The notes beneath the pieces were generated by a model, which had not been told where the DNA came from, made no database searches, and saw only the letters and a list, made by a program, of their open reading frames with translations. The position numbers and the translations under genes are program-made. Shown in pieces: positions 36,617-50,736 of a stretch of DNA of 64,000 nt. Every line of letters starts with the position of its first letter. Position 1 is the first letter of the stretch. This DNA is from Octopus bimaculoides (lineage: Eukaryota). The stretch covers positions 17,233,894 to 17,297,893 of the forward strand of contig NC_068994.1 of the NCBI RefSeq assembly GCF_001194135.2, given 5' to 3'.

Positions 36617-37699
36617 NNNNNNNNNNNNNNNNNNNNNNNNNNNNNNNNNNNNNNNNNNNNNNNNNNNNNNNNNNNNNNNNNNNNNNNNNNNNNNNNNNNN
36701 NNNNNNNNNNNNNNNNNNNNNNNNNNNNNNNNNNNNNNNNNNNNNNNNNNNNNNNNNNNNNNNNNNNNNNNNNNNNNNNNNNNNNNNNNNNNNNNNNNNN
36801 NNNNNNNNNNNNNNNNNNNNNNNNNNNNNNNNNNNNNNNNNNNNNNNNNNNNNNNNNNNNNNNNNNNNNNNNNNNNNNNNNNNNNNNNNNNNNNNNNNNN
36901 NNNNNNNNNNNNNNNNNNNNNNNNNNNNNNNNNNNNNNNNNNNNNNNNNNNNNNNNNNNNNNNNNNNNNNNNNNNNNNNNNNNNNNNNNNNNNNNNNNNN
37001 NNNNNNNNNNNNNNNNNNNNNNNNNNNNNNNNNNNNNNNNNNNNNNNNNNNNNNNNNNNNNNNNNNNNNNNTTTTTTTTTTTTTTTTTTTTGAGAATTTT
37101 CACAGGGAAAATATGCTGTTTTCAATTTCCCATTGCCAAATCCATTTGTAAGGCTTTGGACAGCTGAGAGCCATGCATATTTTTATTGTTTTGTATAAAT
37201 GTGTTGTAAATTTTTTCAAATAATTTACATAGATGGGCTGTAATTGATAACTGATGGTGTTCAACAGTTTTGAATTTGATCATGCTGACTTTGTCACTAT
37301 CTGATAGGAATAAATTGTATCACTTGTTTAATCCATTTTGCATCAAGGGTGTTCCAAACATGATGATCCCTTCTGAAGGATATTTAACTACAGTTTCTAT
37401 AAAATTTAACCTCATAGAGAGAGATTTCCTTGTTGGTTCAAATGATATCACTTTTTTCATTTCAAAATCATTAAAGGAAATTCCTCAAATTATTTTAACA
37501 GATCTATTAAGGTCTGCTTAATTTAGTGAGGTTTTTATCCTTTGAGAATTCTGATCATTAAAATATATATCATTCTTATGTAATCTTTACTTATTTGAGG
37601 TAACATCTCAATTTAGTATTTATTACAATGAATACATGTGTTAGATTGCAGAATTGGTAGCACACACAGCAAAATTCATTTGTATTATTTATTCATGTG

Positions 37700-37930
37700 A
37701 AGGTGGTGAGCTGGTAGAATTGTTAGCACACCAGGTGAAATGCTTAACAGTATTTCATCTGCCGTTACGTTCTGAGTTCAAATTCCACCGAGGTCAACTT
37801 TGCCTTTAATCCTTTCGGGGTCGATAAATTAAGTACCAGTTACGCACTGGAGTCGGTGTAATTGACTTAATCCCTTTGTCTGTCCTTGTTTTTCCCCTCT
37901 GTGTTTAGCCCCTTGTGGGTAATAAAGAAA
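37700..37930 (+). mobile_element. SINE family B, full length
   Basis: ggtggtgagctggtagaattgttagc head; ends gccccttgtgggtaataaagaaa. Confidence 0.8.
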
Positions 37931-38784
37931 CAAGAATTGTTAGTATGCTGGTTGTCCAGTGGTGGTGAAGGACAAACACACACACACACACACACACACA
38001 TGTACACACACACACATGTACACACACACACATATGTATATGATGGGCTTCTTTCAGTTTCTGTCTACTAAATCCACTCACAAGGCTTTGGTTGGCCCAA
38101 GGTGCCGCACAGTGGGACTGAACCTAGAACCATGTGGTTTGGAAGCGAGTTTCTTACCATACAGCCTCTTTCACTCCCTCCCCCAAATACCTGGTCAAGT
38201 GCCTATGTTAGAAACAATTATTACTGAGGGTGGTGGATTAGCAGAATAGTCAGTGATGGACAAAATAACTTGTGGTATTTGTTCCAGCCTTTTACATTCT
38301 TAGTCCAAATCATGCCAAGGTGGATTTTTGACTTCCGTCTTCTAGGCTCTGTAAAACGAAATACTAGTCAAGTACCAAGATTGATTTCATTGACTGACTT
38401 TCTCCCTTGCCCCACCAGTTTCTGGTCTTAATATTTGTGTTAGAAACACTCATTATTGAATGTGGACAGGAATTTTTTTATTAGCTCATGTAAAAATTCT
38501 TGTTTATGCTGCTACTGTCATTGTTCTACTTCTACTACTGTTCCCTCAGCTGGTATTTCTTCCTAACTTGTGTATGTTATTTCAAAAATAAAGTTAATCA
38601 AAATGAAGTTGATATTCCCTTAATAAATCACAGATCCATCCATGGATCAAAAAAGTAAAACACTGAACTTATATTTGTTCTTTAGCACACTCTGCAGCAG
38701 CTTCTCTGTTGAACATATCTTAATGAACATGTACAATTGGTGAATTGTATCACCACCCATCACCAAATCTCTTATCACAAGATA

Positions 38785-38786
38785 TA

Positions 38787-38817
<31 letters not shown>

Positions 38818-39252
38818 TAATAATAAAGAAAAACAAGAAAAGGTTTCAAATTTTGGCAGAAGGCTACCAATTTCAGTGCTGAACTGGTACTTATTTTATT
38901 GACCACAAAATAATGAAAGGCAAAGTCCACCTTGGTGAAGTTTGAACTCAGGAATGTGAAGATGGATGAAATGCTACAAAGCATTTTGCCTGGTGTAGTA
39001 ATGACTCTGGCAGCTTGTCAATAATAGTAATAATAATAATAATAATAATCCTTTCTACTATAGGCATAAATCCTGAAATTTTGGGGAAGGGGGATAGTCA
39101 ATTACATTAGCCCCCTAATGTTTCACTGGTATTTTCATCGACGCCATAAAGATGAAAGGCTGAGTTGATTTTGGAGGATTTCGAATTCAGAATATCAAGG
39201 CGGACAAAATGCTGCAAAGCATTTTGCCCAGCATGCTAATGATTCTACCACC

Positions 39253-39294
<42 letters not shown>

Positions 39295-39535
39295 GATAAT
39301 AATAATAATAGATAATAAGAAGAGTATGATGCAATTTGTAATAGATTGAGATGATTGCTTTTATGTTACACTGAATAAGATTTTGAATTTCTGTGTGTTT
39401 CTGCAGTTATTTTCAGTTTACATTTTGAACCTGAAGATGGAGTATCTGTAGAAATATTGTTCAAACCGTTAAATAAACAACCTATTACAAATCACATTGT
39501 GCTCTTCTTATTGCCTATTTATCTTCATGAAGGTA

Positions 39536-39568
<33 letters not shown>

Positions 39569-39800
39569 CCTTTCTACTAAAGGCACAAGGTCTGAAATTT
39601 GGGTGGGGGGGCTAGTCAGTTACGTCAACCCCAGTGTTTTACTGGTATTTAATTTATTGACCCTGAAAGTATGAAAGACAAAGCTGACCACAGCAGAATT
39701 TGAACCCAGAACATAAACAAAGATGGATGAAATGCCACTAAGCATCTTGCCCAGCATGCTAATGATTCTGCCAGCTCACCACCATAGTAATAAATGATAA
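38785..39800 (-). repeat. Three CpG-decayed family B SINEs interleaved with (TAA)n microsatellites
   Basis: Copies at about 38835-39020, 39050-39250 and 39570-39785, each adjoining an aataataat run. Confidence 0.75.
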
Positions 39801-42339
39801 TAATAATGGGAAGGAAGAGGAGAATGATAGTTCAGCTGACAATATAATTACTAATGCTTCTTCTGTTCCTCATGGTTGCTTATGGTTTTAGTTACTCATT
39901 TTCTGTTTGTGTGCTATTCATTCTCCTTCCCTTTCTCACTTTTTTCTTCATTTTCTTCATACTGAAAAAAAATTCAAAAAAAAAAAAAAAAAAACCCACC
40001 AAATGCTATCTAAAAGAAAAGATGTTCAATTAACAGATGAGAAAAAAAGTCAAATTGGAACTAGAGCACTACTAATTTTTAACTCAAACGGAGATGAGTG
40101 AAGGAGAGGTTTTTTTATGATACATGTGAGAGCAAGCAATATTGTCAGAGTGCTGCTGCTAATCAACAGCTCAGGGAAATGTGTGTTTTAGGTTAGAGGT
40201 GTTACCTTAACGAAGTCCTTATCTTAAGCCTTTTGATACTCACCTGCTTCAGACCACCCCTAATTCTCTGATACACGCTTCCTGTTTTAAAGTAATCTAG
40301 ATTAAAACCATCCATCAGAATTTCTTGTTAATTTATTATATTCCAAACACCGACTTACTAATGGTTTCAAATTTTGGCACTAAGCCAGTGAGTTTAGGGA
40401 AGGGGTAAATCATTTACATCAACCCCTAGTACTTAATTTATTGATCCCCAAAAGGATGAAAGGCAAAATTGACCTCAGTGGAATTTGAACTCAGAAAATA
40501 AAGATGGGTAAAATGCTAACAATTCTGCCTACTTGCCACCTAGCTGTGTGGTAAGAAGTTTGCTTCCCAACCACATGGTTCCAGGTTCAGTTCCAATGTT
40601 CCAGGTTCAGTCCCAAGTGTTTTCTACTATAGCCTCGGGCTGACCAAAGGCTTGTGAACTGATATGGTAGATGTAAATCTGTGTGTGTGTGTGTGTGTGT
40701 CTTTAGGTTTTGAGTTTAAATTCTGCCAAGGTAGACTTTACCTTTCATCCTTTCAAGGTCAATGAGATCAGTACCAGTTGAGCACTAGCTCATTGCCCCC
40801 AAATTTCAGGCCTTGTACCTATAGTAGAAAGGATTATTATTGAAATATTGAAGCAGAATCTCTGTTGAAATAGTGCCTTTGTTACATTTATTTCAAAAAT
40901 AAAGAATTTAGTAAAATAACTTGAAATTTTGATGGACAGTTTTAATTTAGATCACTTTAAAACAAGAAATTTTTATATCATACAATTTGGGTTGGTCTCA
41001 GGTTGGTTGGCATTAAAAGGATTAAACATTAAAAGAAAAAAAAGTTACTCTTAACAGATATTTTGTTTATCAATGGTCATGGTCCTGAAAAATGACTACA
41101 AACAATTAATTGAAGCAAGATTGTGTATTTGGCATACCAAATACATTTAAAGCAACAGAAGCCTCACAGAGAGGATGACAGGGGACTGAGACTTCTGGTG
41201 GTTTGCTGTGCTTGAGAAGACATGTCAAGCTAAGCTCTTGCATACAGGCATGTCCCCTATCACTCTCTTCAGCTGAGCGACCTTAATTTTGCAGGTTCAT
41301 GGGTACTGGTGCCACATGAAAAGCACCCATGCCACTGCCACATGAATGCACCTGTGCTGGTGCTGCGTAAAAGCACCCAGTACACTCTGTAGAGTGGTTG
41401 GCATTAGGAAGGGCATCCAGCCATAGAAACCGTGGCAAAATAGACATGGAACCTGGACAGCTCTTCAACTGGCCTTCAAACCATCCGACCTATACCAGCA
41501 TGGAAAACAGACATTAAATGTTGATGATGATGAGACTCACAAGTTCTCATCATTAGAATTTTAATGAGAATAATAGATTGAAAGGAGTTATTAGATTTAG
41601 TTTGCTGATTTGAGATAGTAATATCAAGAACTAATCTATATCTCTGTCTCCACTAAATATCTCTAATCCTAAAAAGCAATTAATGTAATCTAAATCTATA
41701 ATTACATCTGCCTGTTGAATTTTAAGTATCTGGTTAGTTGTTCACTCATATTTACATCTGCTTTTCTATGCTAGCATGGCTTGGACAAAAACTTAATGAG
41801 GTAGTAGTTTGGGGGATGAATGTGCTTCCTGTCACCAACTCTTACATGTTTTTCAAGTAAGGGATTTTTGTTATTTTTATTCCACTTGTCCTCACAAGGT
41901 ACAGAGCTATGAGTCATATTGCTCAAAGTGTATCAAGCAAAGATGCATGGAATGTAAACACACATGCACACACATATGACAGGCTTCTATGCAGTTTACC
42001 TCTGTCAGTTCCACTAACAAGACATTGATTAACCCAAACCTATTGTAGAAGATATTTATTGAAAGTGCCATGCATTTGGATAGAACCTGAAAACATTAAG
42101 TTACAAAGTGAAATCTATATCCATACAGTCATATCTGCACTAACATATCTCTGAAAATATTCGACCTTTGCTAGGGCTCAGCATTGTAGAAGGATGTAGT
42201 CTATGTTTTTTCAATATTCATCACAGATATGAGGCTTAGAATGTATAGTTTTGTTTTAATATATTTGGGCTGTTGCCTACATAAATTCATTGGTTTGATG
42301 ACATGACTATGGGAAAATTTCTTTTTCCTCATTATAAAC

Positions 42340-43325
42340 TTGTTCTTACCAATGAGGATTCGACAATAAGCATAAGCCAGTATCAACAGTGGTTCCAGAA
42401 ACTATAGTGTAGAAGATGAGCCTCATCCTTGAAGATCTGTTGAGCTTGATGAGGACATCGTGCAAACCCTAGTGGAACAAAATCCAATCATAACTGTTGA
42501 GGAACTAGCAGAGAAGCTTGGATTTGGTCAGTCAACCATTCATCAATACCTGCGTGCTATTGGAAAAGTCAGTAAATTGAGTCAGTGTGTTCCTCTCAGA
42601 CTTTCTGAGTCTAATCGTGTGCAGAGAGTGAATGTGTGCTCTTCTTTGCTGTCATGTCTCACGAATGAACCTTTTTTGGACCAAATAGTGACTGGTGATG
42701 AGAAATGGGTTCTCTATAAAAATGTCAAGTGCCAATGACAGTGAGTAGGGAACGGAGAAACACCAGCACCCCAGGCTAAAAGGTCTTCATCCACATGAGG
42801 TGTTATTATCTGTTTGGTGGGATATGAAAGGTTTAGTCTACTTTAAACTTTTAAACCCAAACCAAATGATAACAAAGATCTACTGTGAGCAACTTAGCAG
42901 CTTGAGTGAGCACCAGAAGAAAAACAACAATCTTTGGTTTCAAGACGAAATGTGTTATTCCATCAGGATAATGCTTGGCCACATATAGCAAGGATGACAT
43001 TCCAAAGGCTAGAGCAATTTGAATGGGAAATGATACCTCACCCACCATATTCGCCGGACATTGCCCCATCTGATTATCATTTATTCTGCAGTCTTCAAAA
43101 TCATTTGGACAGAAAAAATATGAATTCTGTAGATGAGTATTGGAGGAGTATTTTTCGTCATGGACAAGTGAATTTTGGAAGAGGGGCCTTGCAAGTCTAA
43201 ATGGAAGAGCATTGTAGAAAATGAAGGAGAGTATATTTTAGGTTAAAAAAAGAACTTTCTTTATCTTAATTTTGAAAAATAAAAGTATTAAAAAACCGCA
43301 TTATTTATGGGATGACCCAATATAT
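42340..43325 (+). mobile_element. 5'-truncated mariner element (DD34D transposase pseudogene)
   Basis: TVEELAEKLG HTH, LDQIVTGDEKWVLY, MLLSVWWDMKG, HQDNAWPH..HPPYSPDIAPSDYHLF (34 residues D to D); stops and frameshifts; 3' TIR ccgcattatttatgggatgacccaa|ta. Confidence 0.9.
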
Positions 43326-45042
43326 AAATGTCTGTGTATTTTTGTGTCTGTGTTTGTTCCATCCATCATCACTTCACAACTAGTTTTGATATGCTTACAT
43401 CCCCATAACTTAGCAGTTCAGCAAATGGACCACTAGAATAAGTACTAGGCTTAAAAATAAGTCATGGGGTCAAATTGTTAGGTGAAAACACTTCAAGGTG
43501 GTGCTCCAGTATGGCTGCAGTCAAATGACTGAAACACAAAAGAAAAAAAATATGATTTTACTGATGTAATCCTTCCTTAGCTCTACTAATTTCCTTCTTT
43601 CTGCAATGTGAAAAATCTATTTGATTTACACATCCATTAAATATAGAAGATTTAACTTATCTTCATCTGTTTTAGATGCCACAGTCTTTGCATAATAGAG
43701 TTGTTAACTATAAAAATTGGCATTCAGTTGGAAGAATTCATACTTTGAAGTTCATATAATTTACAGATAAATCAAACTAAATGGCATCTGTGAAAATTTC
43801 CTTCTCCATTTTTTGCTTTGAAGTGAAACATATTTCAATACCATTTCAATTACTTATAAATACTTCAATTTGATCAGTGGTTTGGTGTGTTTGACAGTTC
43901 AATAAAGACAGCACATGATTCTTGTTCTTTAATAACATCAGTCCAGTAACACAGCAGTTTTTTGGGGATTTTTTTTTACTTGGCTGTTGTAGACATTTTA
44001 TTCCCTCCTATAAAATGTATGTCTATTAAGATCTCAGAGTCACTGTACTTTGTTAATTCAGAAGTCGCTCATTGTATTAACAGTAGGTACATGATGTACT
44101 AACTTGCTACTAAAAGCAGTTATTCCCACTCCACAAAAATATCCTCCAGACATTACTAGTTTACCCAGATCTATCCCTTATGTATTTGTTTAAATGTTAA
44201 GTGAAGCATGTAATATTTTGCTTCAACTGTTTATCTCAGGAGTGGACAAGCTATTTTTTTTTTTCTAGTATAGAAAATGGGAATAAATGCCTAAAAACCT
44301 GTTTGGATATTTCTATTGAGACAAATATTATATCTTTAATTTTACTAATTAGTTGATATGTAACTTATATTGATTTCAAATTTTGGCACAAAGCCAGAAA
44401 TTTTAGGGAAGGGGTTAAGTTGATTACATCGACCCTCAGTACTCAACTGGTGCTTATTTTATTGATCCCGAAAGGACGAAGGGCAAAGTCAACCATGGCA
44501 GAATTTGAATTCAGAATGTGAAGACAGACAAAATGCCACTAAGCATTTTGCCTGGCATGCTAGTGATTCTGCTCGCTCACCAACTTATATGTAACTTATA
44601 TTAAATTACTGTTTTGGTCTGGAGGATTAAACCCCCTTTTTTTCATTTTAAATTTTTAGAGACTTTGTCAGCAGGTGGTTTCAAATGTTCTTACATGTAA
44701 AATTTTGTTCATATCAAAAGGGCTCTTCCTTCTTGGTTTATCTTGTTATTTACTTTTCATTCTGTTTTGTATTGTTGATAAGGTTTGTGTTCTTCTGATA
44801 AGCTGTGACAAAGTAGACTTAACTGCATGGAACAAGCCAATTGAATTTTCGATAATGATCCACAGGCCTATCAACACAATGAATGTGTTCTATTTCTTTA
44901 TATCTTTCACCTTGAGAATTTGAATAACTTATTCACATTTTACCACTCACTATACTCAAGTAATGGATGGCAATCCAGCAAGGGACCTGCTAGAAATAGT
45001 ATCCACATTTTTCTACTGCTTAATAAAGGATACCACATTCAA

Positions 45043-45228
45043 CCCATTTGATATCAACCTGCCCTAGACTGCACCTGATTTTAATAATACAAACATTTTG
45101 TTTTAAAGTGATCTAAATTAAAACCTCCCAGCAAAATCTTATGTGATATTTTACCAAATACTTCATTATTATCAAAATTAATTGAAACAAAAGCAGTGTG
45201 TTTCAACAGGAATATGATAACAAAAGGG
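45043..45228. mobile_element. piggyBac-like MITE, decayed
   Basis: tcaa|cccatttgatatc..gataacaaaaggg|ttag; related fragments at 40270-40330 and 40880-41000. Confidence 0.5.
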
Positions 45229-45989
45229 TTAGCAATGTAATTCTTGAAATTTAAAAAAAAAAAAAAAAAAGAATGTGTAAGTCTTGAATGGAATGCCTTA
45301 ATCATATATCATTTTGATCAGGACCATCAGCAACAAACTTGATGAATAATTTTTGGATAAAATACCCCTGAATTGCAGTAGTGTATAAAATATGACTCTA
45401 TAGTCTTCTTACACTATTTCCTTGGTGTCTCTAAAGTGTGGCTGCTTTTGAAAATATAAACATTTTTCAAAGTTTCACTTGTTATTAAGTACTGGAAATT
45501 CAGGTACTTCTGGTTGCATTCATTCCATAATAGGCTAGTTTATTTTATTTATTTTGTTTTTTTTAATTTTTTTTTTAACACTGAAATAAATTGTCTAAAG
45601 ATTCTGATAAAAACCAACTAAAGCCAACAACATATAAGATATATGATTTGAAGGTAGTGGTGCTGATAAAATAAGTTTAAAATGTTTCTCATTGTTCTAA
45701 ATTCCATTAAAACCATGGCTAGCTTTGTCAGTCACCCCCATCCCCTACTAGACTAATAAAATAAGATTTAAGTAACTCTGGGATTATGAAAATTAAAATT
45801 TCTCTTAATTTACAAATAGAATATAGTAACTAGTCAAAATAAATTTTTATTTTAAAATTAAAATTAAACTTGAATGTCTATCAAGTTCTTTTTTAACCAT
45901 GTCTGATCCATTTTGGTTTTCATCATTATCATCATCATCATCATCAGTTTAATGTCCTTTTTTTCCATGCTTGCATAGGGTAGCTGCTT

Positions 45990-46345
45990 CCTAACTACAT
46001 AGTTCTGAGTTCAGTCCCACTGTGTAGAACCTTGGGCAAGTGTCTTCTGCTGTGGACTGAACAAAGCCATTTGAATGAATTTGGTAGACAGAAACTAAAA
46101 GAAGTACATCGTGTGTGTGTGTGTGTGTGTGTGTGTGCGCATGTGTGTGTGCATGTGTGGGGGGATATGTATGTCCCCTTGTCTTGTTATGTAGTAGTTG
46201 TAGATGATTGTCACTGTCATACAAGCATTGTCATTTGTTTCCAGTATTCTGTGAGACCATGCCTGGCCATGGGGAAATATTGCCTTGCTTAGAAACAAGT
46301 GAGGGTTGGAGACAGGAAGAGCATCTGGCTTAGAAAATCTATGCA
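45990..46345 (+). mobile_element. Family A head joined to an alternative RTE-type tail
   Basis: CORE-like block, (TG)n, then gtcatacaagcattgtc..ggggaaatattgccttgc..gagggttggagacaggaagagcatc; the same architecture occurs at 57465-58320 and 61420-61900. Confidence 0.65.
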
Positions 46346-47858
46346 TGCCTCAATGATAGATTAAACTTACATAAGAGATAATTATTTTATGCTGACAAAT
46401 AATGAATAATATTACTGCTGGGTTTATTTTTCTTTCCTTTGTTTCTAGTACATTGGAACACTTTTTGACACCTAGGGGACTCTGAATTTTGTGCAAAACT
46501 ACACGGCATTATTAGACAGAGTTGCATTTAATTGTTCAAACAAGAACACATAAACACACACACAAACATGATATACAATTACATACATGTACATATTTAA
46601 TTTATTTGTGTTCTAATTCTCCTTGCTAATACATAGGTTGCCTGATTCCGCAAATTCTGAGCATTTTCTGGTAAGGTTGGATTGTTGCTTGGGAGACAGA
46701 AAGAGAGAGGGGGAGAGATGCAAATCTCTCTGAATTTTTAATCTGGCAGTTTGTTTTCCATTCAGCAACTAAAATTACTATAGTAATAATATCAATAAAA
46801 TTTTGTAACTGAAGAAACTAAAGCAAGAAAATAAAATTAAATACCGTTATTAAATATATTACACATACAACACAGCTGCTACTTCCAGGATATACTGTAT
46901 ACTAAAAGAAATATTATACAACTGTTCTTCTGATAAATAATTCATATATTGTTGGCAGAGTTTTAGTTTCTCAGGGACTTACATGAATAGGTCTTTTAAA
47001 AGCTGACTGGATTTTATAATGTGGATCCTACTGGCCACTGAATTTGTAATTGTACATGCTGTTTCCATAGCTGATTTTGCTCAATAGATTTCTGATATCT
47101 CCCTGTCCTCACCCCCACCTTCCTATATCATTTACTTATTTTGATGTTTCCAGTTTTACAGTGTTTTTATTTACTTATTTATTCTTGTTGGCAACTGCTT
47201 TGGAATATCAATTCGTTTGCCTGTGACTCCAACCTTACTNNNNNNNNNNNNNNNNNNNNNNNNNNNNNNNNNNNNNNNNNNNNNNNNNNNNNNNNNNNNN
47301 NNNNNNNNNNNNNNNNNNNNNNNNNNNNNNNNNNNNNNNNNNNNNNNNNNNNNNNNNNNNNNNNNNNNNNNNNNNNNNNNNNNNNNNNNNNNNNNNNNNN
47401 NNNNNNNNNNNNNNNNNNNNNNNNNNNNNNNNNNNNNNNNNNNNNNNNNNNNNNNNNNNNNNNNNNNNNNNNNNNNNNNNNNNNNNNNNNNNNNNNNNNN
47501 NNNNNNNNNNNNNNNNNNNNNNNNNNNNNNNNNNNNNNNNNNNNNNNNNNNNNNNNNNNNNNNNNNNNNNNNNNNNNNNNNNNNNNNNNNNNNNNNNNNN
47601 NNNNNNNNNNNNNNNNNNNNNNNNNNNNNNNNNNNNNNNNNNNNNNNNNNNNNNNNNNNNNNNNNNNNNNNNNNNNNNNNNNNNNNNNNNNNNNNNNNNN
47701 NNNNNNNNNNNNNNNNNNNNNNNNNNNNNNNNNNNNNNNNNNNNNNNNNNNNNNNNNNNNNNNNNNNNNNNNNNNNNNNNNNNNNNNNNNNNNNNNNNNN
47801 NNNNNNNNNNNNNNNNNNNNNNNNNNNNNNNNNNNNNNNNNNNNNNNNNNNNNNNNNC

Positions 47859-47899
<41 letters not shown>

Positions 47900-48441
47900 A
47901 TCCAACAAAGAAACCTCTATACTCAGATATCTGACTTGCTACAAATAGCAGTCAAATCTCCTTAAAATCGTACTTTACCATCTTAAAAAAAGGTAAAGAC
48001 ACATTCGACACTGTAGTCCTAGACATAAATATACTTTTGATTATAGGACTGTTCTGTTCAATCAGAACTGTCCTGCAGCAGAACAATATCTACCTATTTG
48101 CTGCCTCCCCAGCCATGTCACCAATAAACTCAACTCAACCTTCAAATCTTGGTTAGCATGAAATTTTCTTCTTCAGGTGCAGTATTACAAACCAGTTAAC
48201 TTGTCTTTGCTAATATTTGTTTTTGTTACAAGTATATACTCCTCCAGTTTGGCATGTGGTATCTCAAATTTCCATTACTCAGTCGCTGGTTTTCTTGACA
48301 AAAGATGTCATATATATATATATAAAAATCAATACACTAGTGCTCTCTCCAAGAATATTATCTAAAGCAGAATGGCTTTAGAGCCAATATGTACACGAAT
48401 ATTATCAAGTATCTCTATTACAATCTCTCTCTCTCTCTCTT

Positions 48442-48488
<47 letters not shown>

Positions 48489-48556
48489 ATCTCTGTATCT
48501 ATGCATCTATATATAATTAAAATAATGTGTAAAGTTATGCATACATATATATATGT

Positions 48557-49180
48557 CATCGTCATCATCATCATTGTTTAACGTCTGCTTTCCATGCTAG
48601 CATAGATTGGATGATTTGACTGAGGACTGGTGAACCAGATGGCTACATCAGGCTCCAATCTGATTTGGCAGAGTTTCTACAGCTGGATGCTCTTCCTAAC
48701 ACCAACCACTCCGAAAGTGTAGTGGGTGCTTTTATGTGCCNNNNNNNNNNGAGTTTCTACAGCTGGATGCTCTTCCTAACACCAACCACTCCGAAAGTGT
48801 AGTGGGTGCTTTTATGTGCCACCGGCACGAAGGCCAGTCAGGCGGTACTGGCAACGGCCACGCTCAAAATGGTGTATTTTATGTGCCACCTACACAGGAG
48901 CCAGTCCAGCGGTACTGGCAACGACCTTGCTCAAATGTTTTTTCATGTGCCACGGGCACAAGTGCCAGGAAGGTGACGCTGGTAACGATCATGCTCAAAT
49001 GGTGCTATTTACGTGCCTTGGCACGGAAGCCAGACAGCTGCTCTGGCAACGATCACGCTTGGACAGTGCTCTTAGCATTCTACTGGTACAGATGCCATCA
49101 CGATTTCGCTTTCACTTGCCCCAACAGGTCTTCACAAGCCAAGTTTAGTGTCCACTGAAGGAGACGTTGGCATGGGTGCC
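48557..49180 (-). mobile_element. RTE-type 3' UTR with a tandem array of roughly 55-60-bp units
   Basis: Repeated ggcaacg(g/a)(c/t)cacgct..gtgccac units followed by the conserved tail; 10-N gap with duplicated flanks. Confidence 0.75.
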
Positions 49181-49480
49181 AGTTGTCGAATTTGGTTCAA
49201 TTGCATTTTTGTAAACAGTAGAGCAGTCACTAGTTCACTGCTTCTACAATGGCAATCATGTAACTTGAACAAGTGATCATGTAATTTGGACAGAACAAAT
49301 ATCACAAGAGACTGAAAGCACAGTCTATCATTTTTCTCTCTGATGTTTGCATATTTTGCCAGATGGCACACACATTCACACATATTTCAGCTTATAACAG
49401 TTTGACTCAGCTCCAACTTTCATAGGATTGTAGAACAAATCTATCTTGTTTGGCATCCAGAGAGAGTAAATGTATATGAG

Positions 49481-49705
49481 ACAAATTGTAAATGGCTTCT
49501 AGATGTTAGGCCTCTATTGGTCACCTCTGGTCATGTGGTGTTATTGGTCTAGAAGCAACCAATAACAACTACTTAACCAACATCTAGTCCAAGCATGTAG
49601 GCCTAAGAATAAAGGAAGTGACTGCTGTTGCTTCCAGACCAACAACACCAGATCACCTGAGTCGACCAATAGAGGCCTAATATCTGGAAGCCATCTTGAA
49701 TTTGT
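49481..49705. mobile_element. Fold-back MITE-like element with about 85-bp arms
   Basis: acaaatt..atggcttctagatgttaggcctctattggtc..ggtctagaagcaac pairs with gttgcttccagacc..gaccaatagaggcctaatatctggaagccat..aatttgt. Confidence 0.8.
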
Positions 49706-50338
49706 GAATTTTTCTCACCTTATTAGTCTTGTCTTGATGCCTGACAAGATAGGTTCATTCAATGAGCCTTCAAAACTTTAAGTTGCATAGAGCTGAGTCA
49801 GGCTGTTGTTAAACGATATATGTAGCTCCTACAAAATGTGTTGAGTGCCACTTTCTTTTGTTTGTCCACACAACACACACATGATAGGCTGCTGCGCAGT
49901 TTCTGTCTCCCAAATTCTGCTTACAACCACTGGTTCTATTTCACTTCTTTTGTTATAATTAATCAACTAATTAACCATGATAGTAAACCTGGAATAGAGA
50001 GAGAAGACATGTCATCGATGAAGTTGCAAATGATGCCAAAAGGTTTCATATGAACTTAATGAATTAATTGACCAAATGAGTAATTAAGCAATCAAGTATT
50101 CGATTGGTTATGAGTTTGCATCTAGAATATTTTTGCAAACCAAATCCCAAAACAAAAATTCTACTTGATAAACTTCCTTGACATTTTTGTTGAATATTGT
50201 TCCTGAAATTACTATTTGAGATATTCAGCATAAATAACACCTTTACAATCATAAAAGACACATGTTACCATTTTGGTATGAATTGATATTGTCAGTATTT
50301 ATATATTAGCGACAGAGGCAGTATTAATACTGAGAGGT

Positions 50339-50663
50339 AATATTTATCCCTGCTTAAACATGGATGTTCTGTTAGAACAAACTATACTGCATTAGATATC
50401 ATGAGAGAAACTCTCAGGTGCAAAATGCATGCTTGTTTATATCACTAACGGAGAGAGAAATCTCCACCTGTCCAGTATCAAGACCACCAGATCATGTTAT
50501 TTCAACCTTCCTTGGTCTCGTCGATGATGGACATTGGTGATAACAATATAAACAAAAGTGCATTATTTTGCACCAAAAGCCAATATGAGAATTTTTCTCA
50601 TGGTATCTACTGCAGTATAGTTTGCTCTAACAGAACATGTACATTCAAGTTGGGATAAATATT
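50339..50663. mobile_element. Fold-back MITE-like element with about 100-bp arms
   Basis: aatatttatccc..gttctgttagaacaaactatactgca..ggtgcaaaat pairs with attttgcacc..tgcagtatagtttgctctaacagaac..gggataaatatt. Confidence 0.8.
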
Positions 50664-50736
50664 GTCAATATTGCTTGTTGGATGGTGGATCACTACTCCA
50701 TCGAATGCTGTTTGTTTGTTTGATCATTCCCATTAA

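Noticed and set aside
39431-39475. Possible fourth hammerhead (CTGAAGA T GGAGTAT..ATATTGT TCAAAC)
   Set aside because: GAAA is missing and stem II is poorly paired; may be a decayed Penelope-like end but cannot be supported.
48820-49030. Regularly spaced repeats resembling a CRISPR array
   Set aside because: The units are whole degenerate tandem repeats without unique spacers; eukaryotic retroelement UTR; no cas genes.
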